64,000 nucleotides of DNA from NCBI GenBank assembly GCA_017484285.1, contig JAFUTH010000011.1, positions 3,127 to 67,126 of the forward strand, given 5' to 3'. The notes below the pieces were generated by a model. That model was not told where the DNA came from. It searched no databases and worked only from the letters and a program-made list of their open reading frames with translations. The stretch comes from Treponema sp. GTDB taxonomy: Bacteria; Spirochaetota; Spirochaetia; Treponematales; Treponemataceae. Both the position numbers and the translations under genes were made by a program. Below, one piece after another: positions 18,141 through 27,800 of this stretch. Position 1 is the stretch's first letter. Each line of letters starts with the position of its first letter.

Positions 18141-18737
18141 CTACTGCAAATCCGCTCGCTTTGAGACGATTTTGCTCACCAAGCCGTACTCAAGAGCCTC
18201 TTCTGCCGTGAGCCAGTGGTCACGGTCGCAGTCTTTTTCGACTTGTTCTTCGCTTTTGCCTGTTTCGGCAGCGATGAGTTTAATCAACTTCTTTTTTGAC
18301 TTTGCGATTTCTTCGGCTTGGATTTCCAAATCAGTCGCAACTCCGCGCGCCACACCGCCAATCAACGGCTGGTGAATGAGATAGTGGCTGTTCGGGAGCG
18401 CAAAACGACGCTCTTTTGGCACGGAAAGCAAGATGATTGAACCCATACTCGCGATAAGCCCCGTACCAATGGTGTACACAGGCGCGTTGATAAAGCGAAT
18501 CATGTCGTAAATGCCAAACCCTGAGTCGATAGAGCCTCCGGGTGAGTCGATGTAGATATAAATCGGCTTGTCGCTGTCTGCCTCGAGCAAAAGAAGCTGC
18601 TTGATGACCTTTGCCGTGTTTTCTTCGTTGATTTCGCCGCTCAAAATAATCTGGCGGGTCTTTAAAAATTTCTCGGAAAGCGAGTCGTCCTTTTGTTCAG
18701 ACTTTTTTTCTTCGTCGTTGTCGTTAAAAATTCTCAT
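18141..18737 (-). CDS. clpP: ATP-dependent Clp protease proteolytic subunit
   Basis: YIDSPGGS, catalytic ASMGS, IHQP, DRDHWLTAEEALEYGL. Confidence 0.97.
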   Translation of the reverse strand: MRIFNDNDEEKKSEQKDDSLSEKFLKTRQIILSGEINEENTAKVIKQLLLLEADSDKPIYIYIDSPGGSIDSGFGIYDMIRFINAPVYTIGTGLIASMGSIILLSVPKERRFALPNSHYLIHQPLIGGVARGVATDLEIQAEEIAKSKKKLIKLIAAETGKSEEQVEKDCDRDHWLTAEEALEYGLVSKIVSKRADLQ

Positions 18738-18743
18738 GCTCTA

Positions 18744-18772
18744 AATATACCGAAAAGAACGCAAAAGTACAA
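18744..18772 (-). promoter_or_regulatory. Sigma70 promoter of clpP (leaderless)
   Basis: TTGTAC-17 nt-TATATT, 6 nt before ATG 18737, no SD. Confidence 0.65.
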
Positions 18773-18791
18773 TCAAAAAAGATTCCGCGCG

Positions 18792-19676
18792 TTATTTTAC
18801 GCCTTTCGCTTCGTTCCAAAAGCTCATCATGTCGCGATGATGGCTTGCATCCATCGGCATGTTTTTTTCTTTCATGCCTGCTTCCACGTGATGAAAACGG
18901 TACTCGAATTTTTTGATTGCCCGCTGGAGCGCAACATTCGCGTCAATGCCAAGCCAGCGCCCGTAATTGATGAGCGAGAAGAGCGCATCACCGAATTCTT
19001 CTTCAAGATGAAGCTGCGCCTTGTCAAGCTCGGGATTGGAGCTTGAAACCGTGAGCGGCTTTTCGCCCGTGTATTTTCGGTTTTGCTCAACGTCGATGAA
19101 CGCGTCGTGCATTTCGGCAAGTTCCTCGCAGAATTTCATGCGCACTTCGGAGAGCGTCTTCCAGTCGAAGCCGGCTTTTGATACTTTTTTGAGCATTTTG
19201 TACGCCTTAAGCACCGGCGGAAACTGCTCGGGAATTGAGTCGAGAATCGAGTCGGTTTTGCGCCCCTCGACGTTTGCTTTGATTCGCTCCCACTGATTGA
19301 GCACTTTTTCGGGATTGCCCGCGACGCTCTCAGTGACTTCGGATTTGCCCGCGCTCTCGGCGAATACATGCGGGTGGCGGCGCACGAGTTTTTCGGCAAT
19401 GCCGTCTATCACCTCTTCCACGGTGAACAAGCCTTTTTCTTCAAACAAATAGGCGATGAGCACGACATTCAAAAGCACGTCGCCGAGTTCTTCTTTGACA
19501 TGCGCGGGGTCTTCCTGCGTGAGCGCGTCGATTGCCTCGCACGTTTCCTCAAAGAACGTTGAACGCAAAGAAAGCGGCGTCTGGTCTTTGTCCCAGGGGC
19601 AGCCGTTCCGCACCGCCTTTACGATGTCAAAAAAATGAGAAAATGCAGATGCAAGCGTTTTATTTTCAGTTTTCAT
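18792..19676 (-). CDS. mazG: Nucleoside triphosphate pyrophosphohydrolase MazG
   Basis: GCPWDKDQT, EELGDVLLN, KLVRRHPHVF, second domain EEEFGDALF. Confidence 0.95.
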   Translation of the reverse strand: MKTENKTLASAFSHFFDIVKAVRNGCPWDKDQTPLSLRSTFFEETCEAIDALTQEDPAHVKEELGDVLLNVVLIAYLFEEKGLFTVEEVIDGIAEKLVRRHPHVFAESAGKSEVTESVAGNPEKVLNQWERIKANVEGRKTDSILDSIPEQFPPVLKAYKMLKKVSKAGFDWKTLSEVRMKFCEELAEMHDAFIDVEQNRKYTGEKPLTVSSSNPELDKAQLHLEEEFGDALFSLINYGRWLGIDANVALQRAIKKFEYRFHHVEAGMKEKNMPMDASHHRDMMSFWNEAKGVK

Positions 19677-19710
19677 TTCAATTTTCCGTTTTCAGTTTTC
19701 AATTATTTTC
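19662..19710 (-). repeat. Heptamer tandem array (T/G)GAAAA(C/T) at the pth-mazG junction
   Basis: Minus strand TGAAAAC TGAAAAC GGAAAAT TGAAA TGAAAAC TGAAAAT; contains the pth stop and the mazG ATG. Confidence 0.75.
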
Positions 19711-20348
19711 TTTTTGCTCCAGCTCTGCAAAATCCGATTCGGGTCGGAAGAAAGCAAGAGTTTGCAGAACATCTCGTTTGTGGGCGCAAATTCCTGCGCG
19801 AGGATAATCCGCTCGTCCGCCGTGAAATTTGAGAGCACGTAATCGGCGATGTTTACGTTCGCGGGCTTTGAAATGCCAAAGCGAAGCCGCCAAAAATCAG
19901 CTGTGCCGAGCACCGCTTTTGCTGAGCGAAGCCCGTTGTGACCGCCCAAGCCGCCGCTCCATTTTAAACTCACCGTGCCAATCGGAAGCTCCAGTTCGTC
20001 ATGCACGACCAAAATTTCGTCGTTGTTGATTTTGAAAAATCGCGCAAGCTCGCCGATTGACTCGCCGCTTAAATTCATGTAGGTGAGCGGCTTTAGAAAG
20101 TAGATTTTTTCGGGTGCGTTCTCAGGCACACGGGGAGTGCCGCCGTCTTTTGTGGTGTACACGCCCGTTTCGCCCATCCATTCGGCAAGCGTGCGCGTTT
20201 CGACGACGGCATAATCACCCTTGAATTTGTTTTGAAACGAAAATTTAGCATAAAACGGAAGCTGGCTTGCGAACTGCCACGCGACATTGTGCCGCGAGAG
20301 TTTGTATTCCTCACCGTAATTTCCTAAAAAAGCGACCAATCGAATCAT
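19692..20348 (-). CDS. pth: Peptidyl-tRNA hydrolase
   Basis: LGNYGEEYKLSRHNV, KPLTYMNLSG, VVHDEL, GGHNGLRS, RLRFGI. Start set at MIRLVAF (20348). Confidence 0.96.
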   Translation of the reverse strand: MIRLVAFLGNYGEEYKLSRHNVAWQFASQLPFYAKFSFQNKFKGDYAVVETRTLAEWMGETGVYTTKDGGTPRVPENAPEKIYFLKPLTYMNLSGESIGELARFFKINNDEILVVHDELELPIGTVSLKWSGGLGGHNGLRSAKAVLGTADFWRLRFGISKPANVNIADYVLSNFTADERIILAQEFAPTNEMFCKLLLSSDPNRILQSWSKKKIIEN

Positions 20349-20448
20349 GCACTCATTATAGTGCAAAAGCACGCGCAAGAGAAGTGTATCAAAATGACAC
20401 AGGGATTTCGCAATTTTGGAACACTGTGTTTTTTTGACTCACGCGCTA

Positions 20449-20578
20449 GGGGGTGTAGCCCCGAAGTTGTGAAGCGAAGCGGAACAATGAGCGCGAGCGA
20501 AGGGCGAAACACCCGACCCGCGAAGCGGGGAGCGCCCCAATTTTCATTTTTCAACTTTCCATTTTCAATTTTCATTTC
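20449..20578. repeat. Intergenic hairpin cluster plus heptamer array (REP/MITE-like)
   Basis: GGGT-GTA-GCCC, GCGAAGC, CCGC-GAA-GCGG and GGGG-AGCG-CCCC hairpins, followed by TTTTCA(A/T)-type heptamers at 20539-20578. Confidence 0.6.
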
Positions 20579-20638
20579 TTGGCACGGAACTTGCTTATTT
20601 TTACGCATAAAACAGTCGCAATGCACAGGAGACACACT

Positions 20639-21475
20639 ATGAAATACGATGACGAAACAATCAGCGCATACATGAAAGATTTGAGCCGAATTCCGCTTTT
20701 GACTGCGGAAGAAGAAAAAGAACTGGCGCAAAAAGCGGCAAACGGCAGCCGTGCGGCAAAAAACAAGCTCGTAAATGCAAATCTCCGTTTTGTCATTGCG
20801 ATTGCGAAAACATATCAGAACCGAGGCTTTGAGCTTGCGGACTTAATCAGCGAGGGAAATATTGGTCTCATGATGGCAGTCGACCACTTCGATGTGTCAA
20901 AAGGATACAAATTTATTTCGTATGCGGTGTGGTGGATTCGCCAGAGCATTCAAAAAGCACTGAGCGACCGAAGCCGCGCAATCCGCTTGCCCTCAAACAA
21001 AGTGAATGAATTGTACCAAATCGAAAAAGCGCGCACGATGGTCGAAGCAGACAAGGCTGAGGAAGAGCAGACTCGAGAAATCGCGAAGATTTTGGGAATG
21101 AAAACGAGCTATGTGCGTGATTTGCTCAACTTTAACCGCGATATGGTAAGCCTTGACGCACCGATTGACGCAGAAAAGAGCGAAGCGGCGTTCGGAGATA
21201 CGTTCAAAGACGAAATCAATCCTTCGCCGGAGCAAGTGGCGCTCACAAACGCGCTCAAAACTGATGTCGATGATGCGCTCAAAACGCTCAAGCCAAAAGC
21301 AGCGCGCGTTATCCGAATGCGCTACGGCTTAAACGGACTCAAGCCGATGTCACTCAAAGAAATCGGCGACTCATGCGGGCTTACCAAAGAGCGAATCCGC
21401 CAGATTGAAAAAACAGCGGTCAAAACCTTGCAGAGTCCGTCACGCCGCCGCCGCTTGGAAGCATACGTTGCTTAA
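20639..21475 (+). CDS. Sigma-70 family sigma factor (RpoD/RpoS-like, no region 1.1)
   Basis: Regions 1.2 (AYMKDLSRIPLLTAEEE), 2 (NLRFV...DLISEGNIGL...FISYAVWWIRQ), 3 and 4 (SLKEIG...TKERIRQIE). SD AGGAG before ATG 20639. Confidence 0.93.
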   Translation: MKYDDETISAYMKDLSRIPLLTAEEEKELAQKAANGSRAAKNKLVNANLRFVIAIAKTYQNRGFELADLISEGNIGLMMAVDHFDVSKGYKFISYAVWWIRQSIQKALSDRSRAIRLPSNKVNELYQIEKARTMVEADKAEEEQTREIAKILGMKTSYVRDLLNFNRDMVSLDAPIDAEKSEAAFGDTFKDEINPSPEQVALTNALKTDVDDALKTLKPKAARVIRMRYGLNGLKPMSLKEIGDSCGLTKERIRQIEKTAVKTLQSPSRRRRLEAYVA

Positions 21476-23664
21476 ATTGTAAGGCTGTCGAAAGCCTCTT
21501 TTCTCGCCTCTTGCATGAGTTTCATGTCGCGGGCGAGATTTGCTATTTTAAAGGCGAGTTCGCCGCTCTGAGCCGTGCCCGTTATTTCGCCGGGACCGCG
21601 CAAGCGCAAATCTTCTTCGGCGATTTTAAATCCGTCGGTCGTTTCGTGCAGGGCTTTCATGCGCTCGATTCCGTTTTCGGTGATGTTCGCACGGTAAATC
21701 AAAAAACAGTACGATTGTGCGCTTCCTCGCCCCACGCGCCCGCGAAGCTGGTGAAGTGCGGCAAGCCCGAACCTGTCCGCCTGCTCGATGACCATGCACG
21801 TTGCGTTCGGAACATCTACGCCCACTTCCACAACGGTTGTTGCCACGAGCACTTGGATTTTGTTCGCGCGGAAATCTTCGAGAATGCGGTTTTGCTCTTC
21901 TTCTTCGATTTTTGAGTGAATGAGCGCACACTTGAAATTCGGGTAGACCTGCGTTTGCAAGAAAGTAAAGCTTTCTTCGGCTGATTTGAGCGGCGATTTT
22001 TTTCCGAAAGAATCCGTGCCAAATTCGCCTTCGTTTGCATCAAGATTTTGCTCAATCGCGGGGTAAACGAAATACGCCTGATGACCGGCATTCAGTTCTT
22101 TTCGGACGGCTTCGTAGGCATTGCGCTCGTTTCCCGCTTTGGTGAGATAGGTTGTGACGGGCTTTCGCCCCTGCGGCATGGTGTGAATCGTGCGCACATC
22201 GAGGTCGCCGAACACAGTAAGCGCGAGCGTCTGCGGAATCGGAGTTGCACTCATCATGAGAAGATTCGGCTCTCGGAAGGGCGGCTGCGCGAATTTGTCG
22301 GTCGCGACAACGGAAGTGCGCCCCTTGTCCAAAATTGCCGAGCGTTGCATAACGCCGAATCGGTGCTGCTCGTCGATGATGGCAAGAGCTAAGTCGTGAT
22401 ACTGCACATTTTTTGAAAAGAGCGCGTGCGTGCCAATCACGAGATTGATGTCGCCCTTTTTGAGCGCGGAAAGCAAATTGTCGCGCCCCTTTGTTTTGAT
22501 ATTCCCCGTAAGATAGGCAACGCTTACACCCACGGCTTCAAGCAGCCTCGCGGCATTTTCTGCGTGCTGGCGGGCGAGCAATTCCGTGGGAGCCATGAGC
22601 GCGACCTGTCCGCCATAGTCAATCACACGGAGCGCGGCAAAGAATGAGACGAGCGTTTTTCCAGAGCCGACATCACCCTGCAAGAGCGTGCGCATGGAAA
22701 AGCGGTTCTGCTGTTCGATTGTCTGCGTTTTTTCGCCAAACCCGTAATTCCCATCAATATCCTCGTTCATGAGCGTGATGACACTCATTTGGTCACTCGT
22801 GAGTTTGTAGGGAAGGCGCGAAAGCAAATCTTTTTGCTTGGTGGAAAGAGAGGCGGCAAATTCTTCTTCTGAGACTTGCCGTTGCGTGCTTTCGGCGGAA
22901 TCGACTTCAATTTTGGGGAGTTTTCCGCGATGGGCAAGTGCGCGTTCAGCGAGCGTTTTTTGGAACAAGAACAATTCCTCAAAAACGAGCGTGTTCCGCG
23001 CCCCAAGTGCTTCTGACAGCGTTTTTGGAAAGTGAATCGAGCGGAGCGCGTCTTTTTTGGAAAGCAAGTGGCGTTTTTCGATGATGTCGGCGGGCAAATC
23101 GTTTTCGAGACCGAGCGAAAATTGGTTGAACGCGGCTTGAATCGTTTTGCTCACGATTTTGCTCGTTAACCCCTCGGTGAGCGGGTAAATCGGAAACACG
23201 CGGCTGTTCGGAACGGCGATTCCCTCAAAGGCGGTGAGATTTCCTCCGTCAGCGATTTTGGCAAGCTCAAAGGAAGTGGACTGGTATTTTCCGAATTTGA
23301 CTTCGCATTTTGCCGAGAGCGCGACAATCTGCCCCACAGGATGCGTTTTTTCCAAGAACGCCCGCCCGAACGCGGCAAGTTCCACCGTGCCCGTGCCGTC
23401 AGTCGCAATCAGTTTGAGCGTTTTCATTCTGCCGTAGCCGAACCAGTCATGGGCGACAATCTGCGCAATCGTGTGGATTTTCCCCGTGTTGTTTTGAAGC
23501 GACTGGGCAATCGTGATTTTTTGCGTGCGGTCTTCGTAGTCGCGCGGATAAAACTGAAGCAAATCCGAAATCGTAAAAACATTGAGCCGCGCAAAGAGAG
23601 CCTGTTTTGCCGCGCCGATTCCCGGCAGAGACGAAATCGAATTGTTCAGTTCAGAAAGCTTCAT
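21472..23664 (-). CDS. recG: ATP-dependent DNA helicase RecG
   Basis: LLQGDVGSGKT, DEQHRFG, MSATPIP, QLRGRVGRG, DLRLRGPGE. Confidence 0.96.
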   Translation of the reverse strand: MKLSELNNSISSLPGIGAAKQALFARLNVFTISDLLQFYPRDYEDRTQKITIAQSLQNNTGKIHTIAQIVAHDWFGYGRMKTLKLIATDGTGTVELAAFGRAFLEKTHPVGQIVALSAKCEVKFGKYQSTSFELAKIADGGNLTAFEGIAVPNSRVFPIYPLTEGLTSKIVSKTIQAAFNQFSLGLENDLPADIIEKRHLLSKKDALRSIHFPKTLSEALGARNTLVFEELFLFQKTLAERALAHRGKLPKIEVDSAESTQRQVSEEEFAASLSTKQKDLLSRLPYKLTSDQMSVITLMNEDIDGNYGFGEKTQTIEQQNRFSMRTLLQGDVGSGKTLVSFFAALRVIDYGGQVALMAPTELLARQHAENAARLLEAVGVSVAYLTGNIKTKGRDNLLSALKKGDINLVIGTHALFSKNVQYHDLALAIIDEQHRFGVMQRSAILDKGRTSVVATDKFAQPPFREPNLLMMSATPIPQTLALTVFGDLDVRTIHTMPQGRKPVTTYLTKAGNERNAYEAVRKELNAGHQAYFVYPAIEQNLDANEGEFGTDSFGKKSPLKSAEESFTFLQTQVYPNFKCALIHSKIEEEEQNRILEDFRANKIQVLVATTVVEVGVDVPNATCMVIEQADRFGLAALHQLRGRVGRGSAQSYCFLIYRANITENGIERMKALHETTDGFKIAEEDLRLRGPGEITGTAQSGELAFKIANLARDMKLMQEARKEAFDSLTI

Positions 23665-23667
23665 AGG

Positions 23668-24267
23668 CTAAAACGGAATCATACTGATTAACGTGCCGAG
23701 TATGCGAATCACGTAGGAAACGGCGACGGACGTAACAATCAGCGTGATGATTGACGTGACGAGCGCTTTTACGAACGAGATAGACTGCCCGCGGAAGAAC
23801 GCGCCTGCGATTCGGAACATGAGCGGCGAGAGCGAGCGGTCAACGACCGTCCAAATCGAATAAGACACATTTCCATCACCGATGATAAGATACACAATCA
23901 GCCGCACAACGAGAATCACGACCAAAAATCCGAGAATTGAGGTGATGATATTTCCCACGAGCATGACGAGCATTGCGAGGATTGTTGAAAGGCGGAAGCC
24001 TGTTCCCATGGCAAGGCTCGTAAAGAACGCCTGAGCCGCCATGAGCACACAAAGCGCAATTGCTGGCGTAAAATCAAATGAAGAAAAGCGCAAAAAGCGC
24101 AAGCGGCGGAAGAGATTCAGATACGGGTCGCACATTTGGGCGAGCACTTGCCCGAATTTTGAATACTCCGCGCCCGGAAACCAGGAGAGCATCACCCGGA
24201 CAAAACAGAGCAGTATGTAAATCGAGGCGACAGACGCCAATACAGAAAAAAGTGCGTTTATATTCAT
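23668..24267 (-). CDS. yggT: YggT family membrane protein
   Basis: RVMLSWFP...QMCDPYLNLFRR...FDFTP; tandem YggT-like halves. Confidence 0.85.
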   Translation of the reverse strand: MNINALFSVLASVASIYILLCFVRVMLSWFPGAEYSKFGQVLAQMCDPYLNLFRRLRFLRFSSFDFTPAIALCVLMAAQAFFTSLAMGTGFRLSTILAMLVMLVGNIITSILGFLVVILVVRLIVYLIIGDGNVSYSIWTVVDRSLSPLMFRIAGAFFRGQSISFVKALVTSIITLIVTSVAVSYVIRILGTLISMIPF

Positions 24268-24273
24268 ACAAAA

Positions 24274-24302
24274 AATATACTGGTTTCTTGCAAAAAAGAC
24301 AA
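24274..24302 (-). promoter_or_regulatory. Sigma70 promoter of yggT-recG (leaderless)
   Basis: TTGTCT-17 nt-TATATT, 6 nt before ATG 24267. Confidence 0.65.
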
Positions 24303-24354
24303 AGAAAAAATCTTTTCATTTGAACAATTGTGAAAGCATGATACAATCATCGGT

Positions 24355-24888
24355 ATGGAACATACACAGAACAAAAATCCAATGAAAAAAATCGGCATTC
24401 TGATGAACATTTTGATGGGCGTGTCGCTCAGTTGCGCGCTTTCGCTCACGGGTTTTGGCTTGTCAGGGCATTTTGAACTCGTGCCGTGGCTTATCAGTTT
24501 TGCGCTCAGTACGGTACTCAGTCTTATCATCGGTTTTTGCCTTCCCGTACGAAAAGCCGAGGCTGCATGCTGTAAAAAGTGCGGGCTTCAAGAACGCTCG
24601 CTCGGCGCGCTTGCACTCAGTTCACTCATTTCAGACCTGTTTTATACGCCTGTCATCACGCTGCTTATGGTCGCGCTCGCCTATTCTGGTGCAAAAAAGG
24701 GAATTGAAGCCGCACTTGCGAACGGTGCACCCGCTGAATCGCTTCCACAGCTTCAGTTTTTGCCGATGTTCTTGCATTCGCTTGTTATCTCGCTGATAGT
24801 TGGCTACGTGCTCATTTTTATCTTGCAGCCGCTCTATCTTAAGATACTCACGCGAAACCTGCCCGCTACACCATCCACACGTCCTTAA
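24355..24888 (+). CDS. Hypothetical 4-TM membrane protein
   Basis: 177 aa with four hydrophobic segments. TGaTACAAT extended -10 lies 7 nt upstream. Confidence 0.7.
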   Translation: MEHTQNKNPMKKIGILMNILMGVSLSCALSLTGFGLSGHFELVPWLISFALSTVLSLIIGFCLPVRKAEAACCKKCGLQERSLGALALSSLISDLFYTPVITLLMVALAYSGAKKGIEAALANGAPAESLPQLQFLPMFLHSLVISLIVGYVLIFILQPLYLKILTRNLPATPSTRP

Positions 24889-27800
24889 CGAACGGAATCG
24901 ATTTTAGCTCTTCGGCAAATTCCTTTGTGGAAGGAGCGGTAAGCTGTGCTGATGCCTTGACGATGTACGTGTCTTGGTCAGTGTCGATGTGGAAATAGAC
25001 CGCACATGTTCCCGAGTTTCCGAAGAGATATTCTTTGAGATTGAAAATCTGCTTTTCGTCGTTAAAGCCGCTCTCAAGCTGAATGTGCACTTCCTCAATT
25101 GCCTTTTCTTGCAAGAGTTTCGGGTCTTCGATTGCATCCACGAGCATGCTCGGCTGTTCGCGGCTTGAATCAATCTTTCCTTTGAAGGCGTAGACCGTAT
25201 CGTTTTGAATTTTGTCTTTCATCGCTTCCCACGTTTTCGGGAAGAACGTGAGGTCGAACGAGCCGTTGTAGTCCTGCAACTTCGCGAACGCCATCTGCGC
25301 GCCTTTTTTGGTCATAATCGTGCGCAAGTCCGTGACCATGCCGACCGCCGAGTGCACGCGCCCCGCATTCCGCATTTGCCACGGATTTTTTCCGCTTGAA
25401 GCAAGCGCGTCTTTTTCGGCTTTGTCATCTTTTGCGGCTCGGGCAATCGTGAGCGAGTTGACCGTCGCTTTTTCGTAGGCTTTTTTGTAGTCGTCGAGCG
25501 GATGCCCCGAGACGTAGCAGCCAATCAGTTCTTTTTCCATGTTGAGTTTTTCGAGACGAGAGCAATCTTCGACCTCTTCAAACACATAGTCGGTGTATTC
25601 TTTTTCGTCCGTGTCGCCAAAGAGAGAGAGCTGACCGTCATCGCTTCCGAGCGCGATTTTTTCGGCATACGCATAGGCGCGCTCAAGATTTGAAATGAGC
25701 GTGGGGCGGTTCTGACCGAGATTGTCGAATCCACCGCACTTGATGAGCACTTCGACCGCCTTTTTGTTAATCGGAGATGCACGACCGACCTTGCCCTCAG
25801 CCTTTTCTTCCTCAGTTGGCTCGTTTTTAGAACCGATGACGCGAATCAAAAAGTCCATAAAATCTTTGTACGGACCGTTTGCCTCGCGCTCTTTGACGAT
25901 AGCACGCGCCGCGCCATCGCCCATGCCCTTGATTCCCTTGAAACCGAACACAATGTGCCCGTCAATAACATCAAAAATAGCGTCGGAGCGGTTTACATCT
26001 GGCGGATCGACGGGAACGCCAATGCGCCGCGCTTCGGCAATGTAGGCGGGAAGTCCGTCCGTGGAAGTGATTTCGTTCGTAAGGTTCGCCGCCATGAATT
26101 CAGCGGGCTTGTTCGCTTTAAGCCAGCCCGTGCGGTATGCGAGCACCGAATATGCCGCCGCGTGAGATTTGTTAAAACCGTAGCCCGCGAACGGAATCAT
26201 GATTTCAAAAATTTCGTCGGCGTGCTCTTTGGTAAAGCCCTGTTTGACCGCGCCTTCTTCAAATTCGACCTTTTTGCCCATCAACACTTCGGGCTTTTTC
26301 TTTCCCATTGCACGACGGAGCATGTCCGCGCCACCGAGCGAGAATCCCGCGATTTTTTGCGAGACTTGCATGACCTGTTCCTGATAGACCATAACGCCGT
26401 AGGTTTCTTTAAGAATCGGCTCGAGGCAGGGGTCGGGGTAATGCACGGTTTCGGGCTTCCATTTTCCGTCGATGTAGTTTGGAATGTAATCCATCGGACC
26501 CGGGCGGTACAGCGCATTCAAGGCGACCAAATCCTCGAGTTTTTCGGGCTGGAACTGACGCAAAATCTTTTGCATACCGGGAGACTCAAACTGGAACACG
26601 GCAACCGAATCGCCGCGCTTAAAAAGCTCGAATGTTTTGGGGTCAGTTTCGCTCACTTTCGCGCACACAAAATCAGGCTCGCCCGGCTTTTTGTGCTTGT
26701 TGATGATATTTTCAGCGTAGCGGATGAGCGAAAGCGTTTTAAGACCGAGGTAGTCGAATTTAACAAGACCGCACGGCTCAATGATGTCCATTGTGTATTG
26801 GACTCCGACTTCATGCGTTTTGGGGTCCATAAAAACGGGCGCCCAGTCGGGAAGCGCCGTAAGCCCGATAACCATGCCCGACGCGTGAAGACCCGTGTTT
26901 CGCTTGCAGCCTTCAAGTTTTAGCGCAAGGTCGAAAAGTTTTTCGTAGCGCGGGTCGTGCCTGAATTCCGCAAGCTGACCGCCGTCGGGGAATTTTTCGT
27001 TTGCAGGCTCAAAGCAGTTTTTAAGTTTTGCCTTTAAATTCTCCGAGACTTTAGACTTGAGCATATTGACTTCGGCAAGCGGAATTCCAAGCGTGCGCCC
27101 GACATCGGCGATGACATTTTTGGGCTTTAGCGTACCGAATGTGACGATGTGCCCGACCTGCGGGTCTCCGTACAAATCGCGCGTGTGCTGAATGATGTCC
27201 TGGCGATAATCGAAGTCCATATCAACGTCAAAATCAGGCATTGAGACGCGCTCAGGATTCAAAAACCGTTCAAAAATGAGCTTAAAGCGGAACGGGTCGA
27301 TGTCCGTAATCGTCATGCAGTAGGCAACAAGACTTCCCGCGCCCGAACCGCGCCCCGGACCAATCGGAATGTAGGGCTTCGGGCGTTTGTTCACATTGTC
27401 GTAGGTCGACTTTGACCAGTTGATAAATTCCCACACGATAAGGAAGTAGCCCGAAAATCCCATCTTGAAGATGATGCCAAGTTCGTACTCGGCGCGCTGG
27501 CGGATTTGCGGCGTGATTGTGCCATAGCGGTCGCGCAAGCCCTTTTCGACGAGGTAGCGCACGTAATCGTCTTGGTTTGCCGCATAGTCATCGCCGTGCG
27601 TTTGGAATTCTTTCGGAAGCTCAAATCGCGGGAGACAGGCTTTGAGTTCCTGCGTTTTGTACTGGTGAATCGTGAGATTGCACATGTTCGCGATTTTGAT
27701 TGTGTTGTCGTAGGCTTCGGGGCAATCGGGAAAAAGCAGGCGCATTTCTTCCTCAGTTTTGAAATACCACTCGCTTCTGCCCTCACCCATCGTCTGATGC

